Positions 1 to 8,395 of a stretch of DNA of 64,000 nt are shown piece after piece (positions within the stretch are counted from its first letter, which is position 1; each line of letters opens with the position of its first letter). The notes beneath the pieces were generated by a model. The model was not told the origin of the DNA and ran no database searches. It worked only from the letters and a program-made list of their open reading frames with translations. The stretch covers positions 14,384 through 78,383 of the forward strand of contig CAZTFU010000001.1 of assembly GCA_964612925.1 (NCBI GenBank). The letters are read 5' to 3'. The position numbers and the translations under genes were made by a program. The DNA is from an uncultured Clostridium sp. GTDB taxonomy: Bacteria; Bacillota; Clostridia; Christensenellales; CAG-138.

Positions 1-422
1 AACATCTGGATGAACCTTCTGTAGCAGTCCCAAGCCCAACGGGGGTTGCCGCTCTTGGCTGCGATTATTTCAACAACTTCTTCATTAAGACCAAGGTTCA
101 AAATGGTATCCATCATGCCGGGCATGGAAGCGCGCGCACCGCTTCTGACTGAAACGAGCAGCGGGTTTTCCTTGTCACCGAACTTCTTGCCGGTAACGGC
201 TTCCATCTTGACGATGTTTTCCATTATCTCCGCCTGGATTTCGTCGTTGATGCGACGGCCGTCCTCATAATACTGAGTACAGGCTTCGGTAGAGATGGTG
301 AATCCCTGGGGAACGGGCAGACCGATCTTGGTCATTTCAGCCAGATTGGCACCCTTGCCGCCCAGCAGGTTACGCATGGAAGCGTTACCCTCGCTGAACT
401 GGTAGACGTACTTTTTCGACAT
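1..422 (-). CDS. ppdK: pyruvate, phosphate dikinase, N-terminal fragment (gene runs off the window start)
   Basis: Not in the ORF track. Minus-strand ATG at 420-422 is preceded by GGAGGA. Manual translation [48 protein letters not shown]...[27 protein letters not shown] matches the PPDK N-terminal nucleotide-binding region. Confidence 0.9.
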   Translation of the reverse strand, partial: MSKKYVYQFSEGNASMRNLLGGKGANLAEMTKIGLPVPQGFTISTEACTQYYEDGRRINDEIQAEIMENIVKMEAVTGKKFGDKENPLLVSVRSGARASMPGMMDTILNLGLNEEVVEIIAAKSGNPRWAWDCYRRFIQM

Positions 423-507
423 TGATTTTAGTCCTCCAATATCTGATATTTAATAATAGCAAAACCGTCACGCGGGAAAAAGCAACTTAATCCCGCACTT
501 ACAGCAC

Positions 508-536
508 ATTATACTATTATTCTCCTTTACAGGCAA
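508..536 (-). promoter_or_regulatory. candidate sigma-A promoter for ppdK
   Basis: Minus strand reads TTGCCT - 17 nt - TATAAT (-35 at 531-536, -10 at 508-513), about 85 nt upstream of the ppdK ATG. Confidence 0.45.
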
Positions 537-616
537 GCAAAAACACGGTGTATGCAAGTTTTTTTATATGTTCCTGCGTATTGGCAATTATAGGAATGAT
601 ATGCTACAATACTGAC

Positions 617-1471
617 ATGTTTGGAAATGTACAGCCGGATAAGGGCGAATTAAAGGTAAAAGAGCTTGCCCTCTACAGGGCGCACTATTGCGCGCTGTGC
701 AAAAGCATAGGCAAAAACTATTCAGAGGCGGCAAGGCTTACACTTAATTATGACTGCACGTTTTTTACGCTTGCGCTTTCGGGCGTTATGGGCGGCGCGA
801 CTTACCGCGAAATGAAGTGTGCATACAAGCCGCTGAAAAGGCCCGTAAAAGTGGCAGAACCAAGCGAGGCCACCGATTTTGCGGCAGATCTTAACATAAT
901 GCTTTCATGGCACAAGCTTTGTGATGATGCCGCGGACGAGGGCTTTATGCGGCGCGTGGGCGCGGGGATTGGACGTGCGGCGTTGTATGGGGACTATAAG
1001 CGCGCTTCAAGGCGGTCGGCGGAACTTTGCAATGCGATTGAACGCGGCATGCGCGGCTTTAACGAAACGGAGCGCGGCAATGGGGGAATAGACGAATGTG
1101 CATCCGCGTTTGCGGAACTTATGCGTGGTGCCGCAATGTGCGCACCGATAGATAACGCACTGCGCAAGAAGGCATTTGCCGCAATGTTTGCAGGACTCGG
1201 GCGGTGGGTATATGCACTTGATGCGTGGCTTGATCGCGACGCAGATAGGGAAAAGGGCGCATACAATCCGTTTAACGTTGCCGCGGCGAACGGAGCCGAT
1301 GAAGCTTCGCTTAAAGAGCGGGCGGAAATATTCTTATTCAACTCCCTTGCGGAGGCGGAGCGGGCATATCTGCTTTTAAGACCGCTTGAAGGGGATGCCG
1401 TAATAGAAAACATTTTGACCGAGGGCTGTGTAAAGCGGTCTCGGCATATACTTGGGGGCGGGCATGACTGA
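617..1471 (+). CDS. DUF5685-like protein of unknown function
   Basis: ORF 548..1471. I prefer the in-frame ATG at 617 (MFGNVQPDKGELKVKELALYRAHYCALCKSIG...), which is how I recall this family starting. Its stop overlaps the start of the next gene. Family assignment is from memory only. Confidence 0.7.
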   Translation: MFGNVQPDKGELKVKELALYRAHYCALCKSIGKNYSEAARLTLNYDCTFFTLALSGVMGGATYREMKCAYKPLKRPVKVAEPSEATDFAADLNIMLSWHKLCDDAADEGFMRRVGAGIGRAALYGDYKRASRRSAELCNAIERGMRGFNETERGNGGIDECASAFAELMRGAAMCAPIDNALRKKAFAAMFAGLGRWVYALDAWLDRDADREKGAYNPFNVAAANGADEASLKERAEIFLFNSLAEAERAYLLLRPLEGDAVIENILTEGCVKRSRHILGGGHD

Positions 1472-2078
1472 TCCATATAAAGTACTTGGCATAAGCACGA
1501 ATGCCACTGCGGAGGAAATCCGCGCGGCATATTTAACCTTAGTGAAAAAGTATCATCCCGATAAGTATACAGATCCCGACATGAAGGAGCTTGCAAACGA
1601 AAAGCTGAAGGAGATAAACGAGGCTTACGATAAGCTTACAAAAAATCCTGGTAGGACGGCAAACAGCCATTCCGATACATATTCTGGTGCCCAAGGGCGC
1701 AATTACACGGGACCCGAGGCGGACAGGTTCATCCGAGCAAGGAACCTTATAAACGCAAGTAATCTTGAAGGCGCCAAAACCATTCTCGATACCATACAGA
1801 CCCATAATGCGGAATGGTATTATCTTTACGGCATAATATATCTAAGGCAGGGCTGGTATGATAAGGCAAGGGAGTATCTTGGACGCGCATACCGTATGGA
1901 ACCCGACAATTCGGAATATGCTCAGGCCTATAATACCCTTCGCTATACGGGAGATCCGTATGCACGGCCGCGCCGAAGCACAAGCGGCGATTGTTCCGTA
2001 TGCGATATATGCTCGGGCCTTATGTGCGCAGACTGTTGCTGTGAGTGTATGGGCGGGGATCTTATAAGGTGCTGTTGA
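1464..2078 (+). CDS. J-domain (DnaJ-like) protein with TPR-like repeats and a C-terminal cysteine-string tail
   Basis: DPYKVLGISTNATAEEIRAAYLTLVKKYHPDKY contains the HPD motif. A TPR-like segment follows (WYYLYGIIYLRQGWYDKAREYLGRAYRMEPDNSEY). The tail is CSVCDICSGLMCADCCCECMGGDLIRCC. ATG 1464 follows a GGGGG/GGG purine run and overlaps the upstream TGA (1469-1471). Confidence 0.85.
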   Translation: MTDPYKVLGISTNATAEEIRAAYLTLVKKYHPDKYTDPDMKELANEKLKEINEAYDKLTKNPGRTANSHSDTYSGAQGRNYTGPEADRFIRARNLINASNLEGAKTILDTIQTHNAEWYYLYGIIYLRQGWYDKAREYLGRAYRMEPDNSEYAQAYNTLRYTGDPYARPRRSTSGDCSVCDICSGLMCADCCCECMGGDLIRCC

Positions 2079-2090
2079 GGTAATGCTTAT

Positions 2091-2627
2091 ATGAGAAAAC
2101 TTAACGGAACAAAACTCGTTACAATAGGAGCCATGTGTACGGCACTCAGCGTACTGTGCCTTTATGCGGCGGCAGTATTGCCGTCGGGCAAGGTAACGCT
2201 GTATTTTATCGCATCGCTTTTTGTGTACGTTCCCGCGGCGGAGGGGGCGTATTTGGACGCGGTAACGGTGTACATTGCAACAAGCCTTATAGCGCTTTTG
2301 ATATTGCCTACGCAGTCGGCCGCAGTGCCGTATGCGGTGTTACTCGGCCATTTCGGGATATTCAAAACATGGTTTGATTCCGTTATGCCCGATAGGGTTG
2401 TGCAAAGCGCGGTAAAGGTGCTGTATTGCGATTTGTTTATGGCACTTGGGGTGTTTATCGGCATAAAGCTTTTTAACCTAAATTTGGCGGATAAGACCCT
2501 GACTGTACCCGTGTGGGCGGTGGTATTGCTTACACAGGCCGCATTTTTTGCATATGATAAGCTTTATTGGATGTGCCAAAGGATATACGACGAGCGGATA
2601 AGGTCGTATATAAGCCCGCGAAGATAG
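2091..2627 (+). CDS. polytopic membrane protein, function unknown
   Basis: 178 aa with several hydrophobic segments. GAGG lies upstream of the ATG, 12 nt after the J-domain gene, so it is likely the third gene of that operon. Confidence 0.65.
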   Translation: MRKLNGTKLVTIGAMCTALSVLCLYAAAVLPSGKVTLYFIASLFVYVPAAEGAYLDAVTVYIATSLIALLILPTQSAAVPYAVLLGHFGIFKTWFDSVMPDRVVQSAVKVLYCDLFMALGVFIGIKLFNLNLADKTLTVPVWAVVLLTQAAFFAYDKLYWMCQRIYDERIRSYISPRR

Positions 2628-2628
2628 C

Positions 2629-3324
2629 TTATATAAAGAATTTTCGCTTCAAACTTTCCTTTAGCGGGGGACAGCATGCTATCGTTATCAGCGTAAGGCC
2701 GAATATAAGGCAACAGGCAAGCGGGTATATTGACCACACAAGCGTTACATTCGTCTTGAAATTTATGTTTATAAGGAACTCAACAAGCACCATAAAGCTG
2801 CCTGTTGCCATAAGCGTACCTGCGATTATATAAAGATATCCCTTACGGATATAGTACATAAGCGTAACCGTGGCGCAGGCAATAAGCATAGCCCCCATTG
2901 TTACGGGCAGCGCAAAGGATAAAAACCAGTGCCCGCCGACAGCATAGTTTATATACAGTAAATACAAGCCCGCCGCGACAAAGTCCGCGGTGACGAATAT
3001 TACCGGCGTTGCATGTTCAAACCACCATGGCAAAACGACCGTTATATAAAACACGGCCAACGCACCCGCCACATAAACGGACCATTCAAGCGAACCGTTT
3101 ACCTTCCAATCGCACAAAATCGAAAGCACAAACGGCACAAGGAACATTACGGTCATTATAAACAGTATTCCGGAGCGGCTTGCTGTACCGCCCGAATGTA
3201 TGTCATTTGGGTAGGGCTTTTCGCCGTGTGGCATTTCAAATTCGGGATGGAATACGACCGTGCCGCAAAGTGGGCACTTTTCTTCACTTTCTTTTAATTC
3301 CGCTCCGCATTTTATACAGTACAT
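2629..3324 (-). CDS. zinc-ribbon domain polytopic membrane protein
   Basis: N-terminus MYCIKCGAELKESEEKCPLCG (CxxC...CxxC) is followed by about 6 hydrophobic segments. AGGAGG lies upstream, 24 nt after the stop of the upstream esterase/acyltransferase gene. Confidence 0.75.
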   Translation of the reverse strand: MYCIKCGAELKESEEKCPLCGTVVFHPEFEMPHGEKPYPNDIHSGGTASRSGILFIMTVMFLVPFVLSILCDWKVNGSLEWSVYVAGALAVFYITVVLPWWFEHATPVIFVTADFVAAGLYLLYINYAVGGHWFLSFALPVTMGAMLIACATVTLMYYIRKGYLYIIAGTLMATGSFMVLVEFLININFKTNVTLVWSIYPLACCLIFGLTLITIACCPPLKESLKRKFFI

Positions 3325-3348
3325 GGATACGTCTCCTCCTTTGTAAAA

Positions 3349-5514
3349 TCAGCTTTGATTGCTTTCAACCGCCACATTGAGCCCAAGTCGCTGAAGCACC
3401 TTGAAAAACTTCAGCTCAAGCTCAGATTCCTTTATATTCCTTATCATGCTTATATACATCGTGCCGCCATAGGTTATTATGCCAACGTTGTGCGGCGCAC
3501 GAGCCTGAACGCCTATTATAAAGTCCATGCGGTTTATGTGCTCTTCCATTTCGCAGGGCAATTCGACCTTGCCGAGATTTGAAAGGCAAAGGCAGGACTT
3601 CCTTTCCCCAAACGTATCAAAAACAGCCTTCATTGCAATGTTTTTTATAAACAGGGGCATTACTTTAAGCGCAAGAGCCTTTTCACTGCTTACATTCGCG
3701 GCAATGCGCGAACCCATAAGCTTTGCCGTGTATTCAAGCCCCATGCGGTGATGTACCACCGAACACAGCTCGTCAAACGTATAATCGCCAAGCGTAGGGT
3801 CGACCTCGGGCGTTATATACAGCGCAAAATTTCGAAGCGTGTTGCTTGAAAAAAGGTTTCTCAGATTGACGGGAACCAGTACCTTTACAGGCTTTCTTCG
3901 CCTGCGGGAGGGCACTTTTTCCGCCTGAACGTCCAAAATCGTCGCCATCATGGCCGCGCACAAAAACTCCGTTACGGATATACCGTGACTTTTTGCGCAT
4001 GTTCGTACCGCATCCGCATCGAGCATAAGGGTGACCAAGTCTAATCTGCCGTTCTTTTCGGGCGTGCCGCTTAAATGATAGGCCGTCTTTTCACTTCTGC
4101 TCGCGCGCACATCCCCGCTGTATTTAAGAAAGCTGTCCTCAAGCTCACCTTCGCTCGGAGCTTCAAGCCTGCACAGCACTCCATGTTCGTTTGGAACATT
4201 TTCACCGTATTTTTGCGAAATGTATTCCGCCGCAAGCGTTTTTATGAACACAAGTGCGCCGCTGCCGTCCGTCAGCGCATGGAAAAACTCCACCGCAATG
4301 CGGTTTTTATATGCTATTACTCTAAAGGCACACTTTCGCACTTCCTTAAACGGAACATGCGCAAGCGGATACGGCTTTTCATCCTGCACCTTGGGCGCGG
4401 AGGAAAGCTGTTCAAGGTAATACCAAAATGCGCCGCGCCTGAGCCGCACGGCTATGGACGGGAAACGCCTAACGGTAACGTCCAATGCGGATTGCAGTAC
4501 CGCTCTGTCTATGGGCTCGTTCATCGAAACGGAAAGACGGAAAAAGTTGTTCCAATTCCTGCGCCGAGCCGCAGGGTAAATCTTTGCCGCATTGTCAAGC
4601 CGCATCCATCTCAGTTTTCTTTCGGGGCAGAGATAGCGGCTTATAAAATCATTTATGGCGGCAAAATCGTCCTCGTCCTCGTTTAATTGATAAAGAAGAT
4701 ACGCATGCCAACGATCGGGTTTTACTATAAGCTTACTGCGGCAGCCGGATTCGATAAGGCGGTCGTTAAGCCGCACGGAATCGTCAAGCAGCAGCTCGTC
4801 CCCGCCCGCAAATATTATGGAAGGCGGCATGCCGCAAAGCTCCCCAAAAAGCGGAGAAATGAACTTATCGCGTCTATCATTGTTGCAAGCGTAGCATTTT
4901 GCATAGAATTCGAGCACCTCGGCGGTCAATGAAACATCACGCTCTTTGTTGACCTCATAAGAACTGCCCGATGCCGTAAGATCTGTCCATGGGGATATGG
5001 CTATTATACCGCAGGGCAATTTCTGCTCAAGCTCCTTCAATTTTAAGCAAAGCGCATAGCAAAGCCCACCGCCCGCGCTCTCACCCGCAAGCATTATCTG
5101 TTCCGCCTTAAAGCCCTTATCAAGCAGGTATTGATAAGCTTCTACCGCATCGTCAAGCGCGGCGGGGTACGGATTTTCAGGCGCAAGTCTGTATGCCGCG
5201 CAGAATACCCTTATACCCATGCCGTCGGCAAGGGTAGCACCAAAGCCCTTTGCATATTCAATATCGCCGCACGTATACCCGCCGCCATGCAGATAAAGTA
5301 TAACGCCTTGCCTGCGTTCGTCCTGCGGTATCATCCATGCGCCGCAAAACGCACCAAAGTCATGCCTGCGCACGATAATATCCTTTTTGTGCATGGCCGT
5401 CATAAGCTCACCGAGCTTGTCCTGCCCCTTTCGTATTGTTTCAAGGGAACAGTTGGCTACAAGCGGCTTGAAAAAGTTAAGTTGCGAGTAAACCAGTTTG
5501 GCAGGCAGACCCAT
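3349..5514 (-). CDS. fusion protein: alpha/beta-hydrolase (HSL/family IV esterase-like) plus HxxxD acyltransferase (condensation/alcohol-acetyltransferase-like) domain
   Basis: The N-terminal half has LHGGGY (oxyanion HGGG), GESAGG (GxSxG), GGDELLLDD and DRWHAY. The C-terminal half has FFHALTDGSGALVF (HxxxDG). Confidence 0.8.
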   Translation of the reverse strand: MGLPAKLVYSQLNFFKPLVANCSLETIRKGQDKLGELMTAMHKKDIIVRRHDFGAFCGAWMIPQDERRQGVILYLHGGGYTCGDIEYAKGFGATLADGMGIRVFCAAYRLAPENPYPAALDDAVEAYQYLLDKGFKAEQIMLAGESAGGGLCYALCLKLKELEQKLPCGIIAISPWTDLTASGSSYEVNKERDVSLTAEVLEFYAKCYACNNDRRDKFISPLFGELCGMPPSIIFAGGDELLLDDSVRLNDRLIESGCRSKLIVKPDRWHAYLLYQLNEDEDDFAAINDFISRYLCPERKLRWMRLDNAAKIYPAARRRNWNNFFRLSVSMNEPIDRAVLQSALDVTVRRFPSIAVRLRRGAFWYYLEQLSSAPKVQDEKPYPLAHVPFKEVRKCAFRVIAYKNRIAVEFFHALTDGSGALVFIKTLAAEYISQKYGENVPNEHGVLCRLEAPSEGELEDSFLKYSGDVRASRSEKTAYHLSGTPEKNGRLDLVTLMLDADAVRTCAKSHGISVTEFLCAAMMATILDVQAEKVPSRRRRKPVKVLVPVNLRNLFSSNTLRNFALYITPEVDPTLGDYTFDELCSVVHHRMGLEYTAKLMGSRIAANVSSEKALALKVMPLFIKNIAMKAVFDTFGERKSCLCLSNLGKVELPCEMEEHINRMDFIIGVQARAPHNVGIITYGGTMYISMIRNIKESELELKFFKVLQRLGLNVAVESNQS

Positions 5515-5589
5515 AATAAATCTATCCTTTCACGTTGCACATAAAGTGTAGCTTAAAATATTAGTATATCACCGATATGAAAAATAATA

Positions 5590-5624
5590 AATAGAATAAA
5601 ACGCCGATACATTGCATCGGCGTT
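5590..5624 (-). terminator. intrinsic terminator after the Gate-domain membrane protein gene
   Basis: Minus-strand RNA forms AACGCCGAU-GCAAUGU-AUCGGCGUU (9 bp stem at 5600-5624) followed by UUUAUUCUAUUU. Confidence 0.7.
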
Positions 5625-5646
5625 ATTGTTAATATCCGTTTGGTTC

Positions 5647-6840
5647 TCAGCCCACAATAAGCATCACAAGCTTGAAAAGCCAGTTTGCCACCACGCCCGC
5701 AAAGAGGCCGCTTATGGTGTGGTAAAGAATTGCCTTGCCCGTGAAGCGGCGGCTGTGCAGCATTTCCATCATTGAAACGTGCGTGCTGAGATAGCCGCTC
5801 CAGCACATACACATGGCCGTGAATACTGCTATGTCGTTTGCTGTGGCCTGTCCGTTTTGAAGCAACGACGGAATGAGCCCGAGTGCCGCGCCCGCACTGC
5901 CAAGTGCCGTTACGGGTACGGAAAGCCCCGCACTGCTTGAAAAGCCGAACAGCGGCTTGAGTATGAATTCAAGCTTTTCGGCTATCCACGGCAATACGGG
6001 TATGCCCTCATATGCCGCGCCCGTGTAATCGCCCGTTGCGGACGGGCCGTATGTAAGCATCATCACTATTGTGCATATAACAAGTACACCGGGTATTATG
6101 CCAAGCCCCATTTCAACGCCCTTTTTGCCGCCATCCATTATTGCGTTAAGAAAGCGCATAAGTGCGCTGCTTTGCTCCTTTTCGGCGGCGGTGTCGGTCA
6201 ATGCGCCGTCAATGGGTTCCGCAGGGGCATCCTTGCCAAGCTCCTTGGCCGCCGTGTGCAGCATAAGCCTTGTTGCGAGTATACTGCCGCATATTGCGCC
6301 TATATTACCGCAAAGTGCAGCCATACCTATGTTTTCGACACCGTCTTGACTGAGCCCTATAACGAACGTGGTAACTATAAGTCCCATGCCAAAACTTGTG
6401 CCGAGGTTTGTAAGCGCGGGTATCTGATAAGCCTTGAAATAGCGGCGGTAGCTCGGGTCGTCGGCAAGCGTGAGTATAGCGGGGTTATCGCTCATATATG
6501 TTGTCACTATACCCAGTGCGGCCGCGCCCGGCATACCGTACAGCGGACGCATAAGCGGGGACAGCACACGGTTTATAAGCTCCACAACGCCGAATTCGGT
6601 AAGCACGGCACTTAATGCACCTATTATTACGGCTATCGCCATAAGGTAGAATACCGTGTCCATAAGCAGGCGGTATGCCGTGTTCATCATTGTATCCATC
6701 ATGTTTGAAAGTCCCATCGGGACCGCAAAAAGTGCGAAGAACGCTATAAAGCCGACAAGGAATACCACGGCTTTCCAAGTCTTGAAGCCCGTTTTTTTAT
6801 CGGCGGGCGCTTTTACTGATTTTTCGACGCGGCTGCTCAC
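5647..6840 (-). CDS. polytopic membrane protein, nucleoside-recognition (Gate) domain / YjiH-like (tentative)
   Basis: 397 aa with about 10 hydrophobic segments. The segment GVVELINRVLSPLMRPLYGMPGAAALGIVTTYMSDNPA resembles Gate-domain proteins (memory only). GTG start is preceded by AAGGAAGGG. It is divergent from a LysR gene. Confidence 0.55.
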   Translation of the reverse strand: MSSRVEKSVKAPADKKTGFKTWKAVVFLVGFIAFFALFAVPMGLSNMMDTMMNTAYRLLMDTVFYLMAIAVIIGALSAVLTEFGVVELINRVLSPLMRPLYGMPGAAALGIVTTYMSDNPAILTLADDPSYRRYFKAYQIPALTNLGTSFGMGLIVTTFVIGLSQDGVENIGMAALCGNIGAICGSILATRLMLHTAAKELGKDAPAEPIDGALTDTAAEKEQSSALMRFLNAIMDGGKKGVEMGLGIIPGVLVICTIVMMLTYGPSATGDYTGAAYEGIPVLPWIAEKLEFILKPLFGFSSSAGLSVPVTALGSAGAALGLIPSLLQNGQATANDIAVFTAMCMCWSGYLSTHVSMMEMLHSRRFTGKAILYHTISGLFAGVVANWLFKLVMLIVG

Positions 6841-7015
6841 TGCATAAGCCCTTCCTTTTATGAAATAATGCCGAATGAATCAGGCATTTTCGGGTAGTCA
6901 TACCTACCCATGGGCGATTATACGACACTGTCGAATACAAGTAAAATGAATATATCGCAAGCGTTTAATGATAAAAACTTATATCTTGAAATTTATCAAA
7001 AGGCATAGCAAACGA

Positions 7016-7044
7016 TTGACAGCATATACTGAAAATATTAAAAT
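7016..7044 (+). promoter_or_regulatory. candidate sigma-A promoter for the LysR gene
   Basis: TTGACA (7016-7021) - 17 nt - TAAAAT (7039-7044), 34 nt upstream of ATG 7078. Confidence 0.5.
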
Positions 7045-7077
7045 GAATAAAAAACGGGAGAAAATGAGGAAAAGCCT

Positions 7078-7947
7078 ATGATAAGCAGTAAATATGCGGC
7101 ATTTGCGGCCGTGGCGGAGGAAGGCAACATGACTGCGGCGGCGCAGCGGCTTGGCTATACTCAATCGGGCGTAAGTCACCTTGTACATTCGCTTGAACAG
7201 GAATTGGGAGTGCAGCTTCTCATCCGCTCACGCTCGGGCGTTGTGCTTTCACCCGAGGGTAGGGAGCTACTGCCGCTTATCAAACGTGCGCTTGCGGCGG
7301 AGGGCGCGGTGAGTTCTGCGGCGGCGGAGGTTCGGGGTATTGAACGTGCGGAGCTTAGAATAGGCACGTTTTCAAGCGTTGCAATAGCATGGTTGCCGCG
7401 CGTGATGGCCGATTTCAACGCACGCTACCCCGGTATAAGGCTTTTTGTCGAGAACGGCACATATTCGACAATAGAGGATATGCTGAGCAATGCGCGTGTT
7501 GACTGTGCATTTGTAACATTACCTTCGCGTGCCGAATTTGAAACCGTGCCCCTTGCAAGGGATACTCTTGTTGCGGTGGTGCATCCTTCAAGCAGACTTG
7601 CCCAAAAGCACAGCCTGAATGCGCTGGATCTTGAAGATGAAATGTTTATAGTGCCCGCAGAGGGTTCGAATTACGATGTGGGCAGGTTCTTCTCCTCCGC
7701 GGGTATCGCACCGAGGGCCGCGCTTAACATGGGGGACGATTATGCGGCCGTTGCAATGGTGGAACGTGCACTCGGTTTTACAATACTGCCCGAGCTTATG
7801 CTCGGTGCAATGCATCTGCAAGGGGTGCGCACGATTCCGCTTGAACACAGCGAAAGGGAGATAGCCATTGCCACCAATTCGCTTTACGGCGGGGCGGCAC
7901 TTTCCGAATTCGTGCGCTTTGTAATAGAAACCTGCGCAAAACGGTAA
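7078..7947 (+). CDS. LysR-family transcriptional regulator
   Basis: An N-terminal wHTH (FAAVAEEGNMTAAAQRLGYTQSGVSHLVHSLEQELGVQLLIRSRSG) is followed by a LysR substrate-binding-type C-terminal region. Confidence 0.9.
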   Translation: MISSKYAAFAAVAEEGNMTAAAQRLGYTQSGVSHLVHSLEQELGVQLLIRSRSGVVLSPEGRELLPLIKRALAAEGAVSSAAAEVRGIERAELRIGTFSSVAIAWLPRVMADFNARYPGIRLFVENGTYSTIEDMLSNARVDCAFVTLPSRAEFETVPLARDTLVAVVHPSSRLAQKHSLNALDLEDEMFIVPAEGSNYDVGRFFSSAGIAPRAALNMGDDYAAVAMVERALGFTILPELMLGAMHLQGVRTIPLEHSEREIAIATNSLYGGAALSEFVRFVIETCAKR

Positions 7948-7954
7948 AAGTAAA

Positions 7955-7990
7955 GCGGTGTGATAGATACTAACACACCGCCTTTATTGA
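7955..7990. terminator. bidirectional intrinsic terminator between the LysR gene and hup
   Basis: GCGGTGTG-11 nt-CACACCGC (8 bp stem) is flanked by a T-rich tract in both orientations. It lies between convergent stops at 7947 and 8008. Confidence 0.65.
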
Positions 7991-8007
7991 TTCGATATTG
8001 CCTTTGA

Positions 8008-8280
8008 TTAGTTGAGGGCTTCCTTAAGAGCCTTGCCGGCCTTGAAAGTAGCAGCCTTGCTCTCTGCAATCTCGATTTCGGCACCGGTCATGGGGTTGTG
8101 GCCCTTATGAGCGGGACGAACGCGAGTTTCAAAGGCACCAAAGCCAACGAGCTGAACCTTTTCACCGTTCTTCAGGGTCTCGGTGATGATCTCAAGGGCG
8201 GAAAGGATGGCCTTTTCGGAGTCCTTCTTGGTCAAGCCGCTCTTCTCGGCTACTGCTGCTATAAGCTCGGTTTTGTTCAT
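8008..8280 (-). CDS. hup: DNA-binding protein HU
   Basis: [93 protein letters not shown] at 8280 is preceded by AGGAGG. The track ORF extends upstream to 8451 with no homology. Confidence 0.95.
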   Translation of the reverse strand: MNKTELIAAVAEKSGLTKKDSEKAILSALEIITETLKNGEKVQLVGFGAFETRVRPAHKGHNPMTGAEIEIAESKAATFKAGKALKEALN

Positions 8281-8328
8281 TGCATATATCCTCCTAAAAA
8301 TAATTGGCAACAATTTTGCGCAAGGGAT

Positions 8329-8357
8329 ATTGTAACAGCTTTTATGGCTGAGTACAA
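8329..8357 (-). promoter_or_regulatory. candidate sigma-A promoter for hup
   Basis: Minus strand reads TTGTAC (8352-8357) - 17 nt - TACAAT (8329-8334). Confidence 0.45.
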
Positions 8358-8395
8358 GCCTTATTTTGCATTTTTGCCCTAAAAAAGCTCTGCTT

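Noticed and set aside
548-616. A GTG-initiated N-terminal extension of the DUF5685-like ORF.
   Set aside because: There is no RBS. The extension is hydrophobic and Cys-rich and does not resemble the family. The conserved-looking N-terminus MFG...ELK begins at ATG 617.
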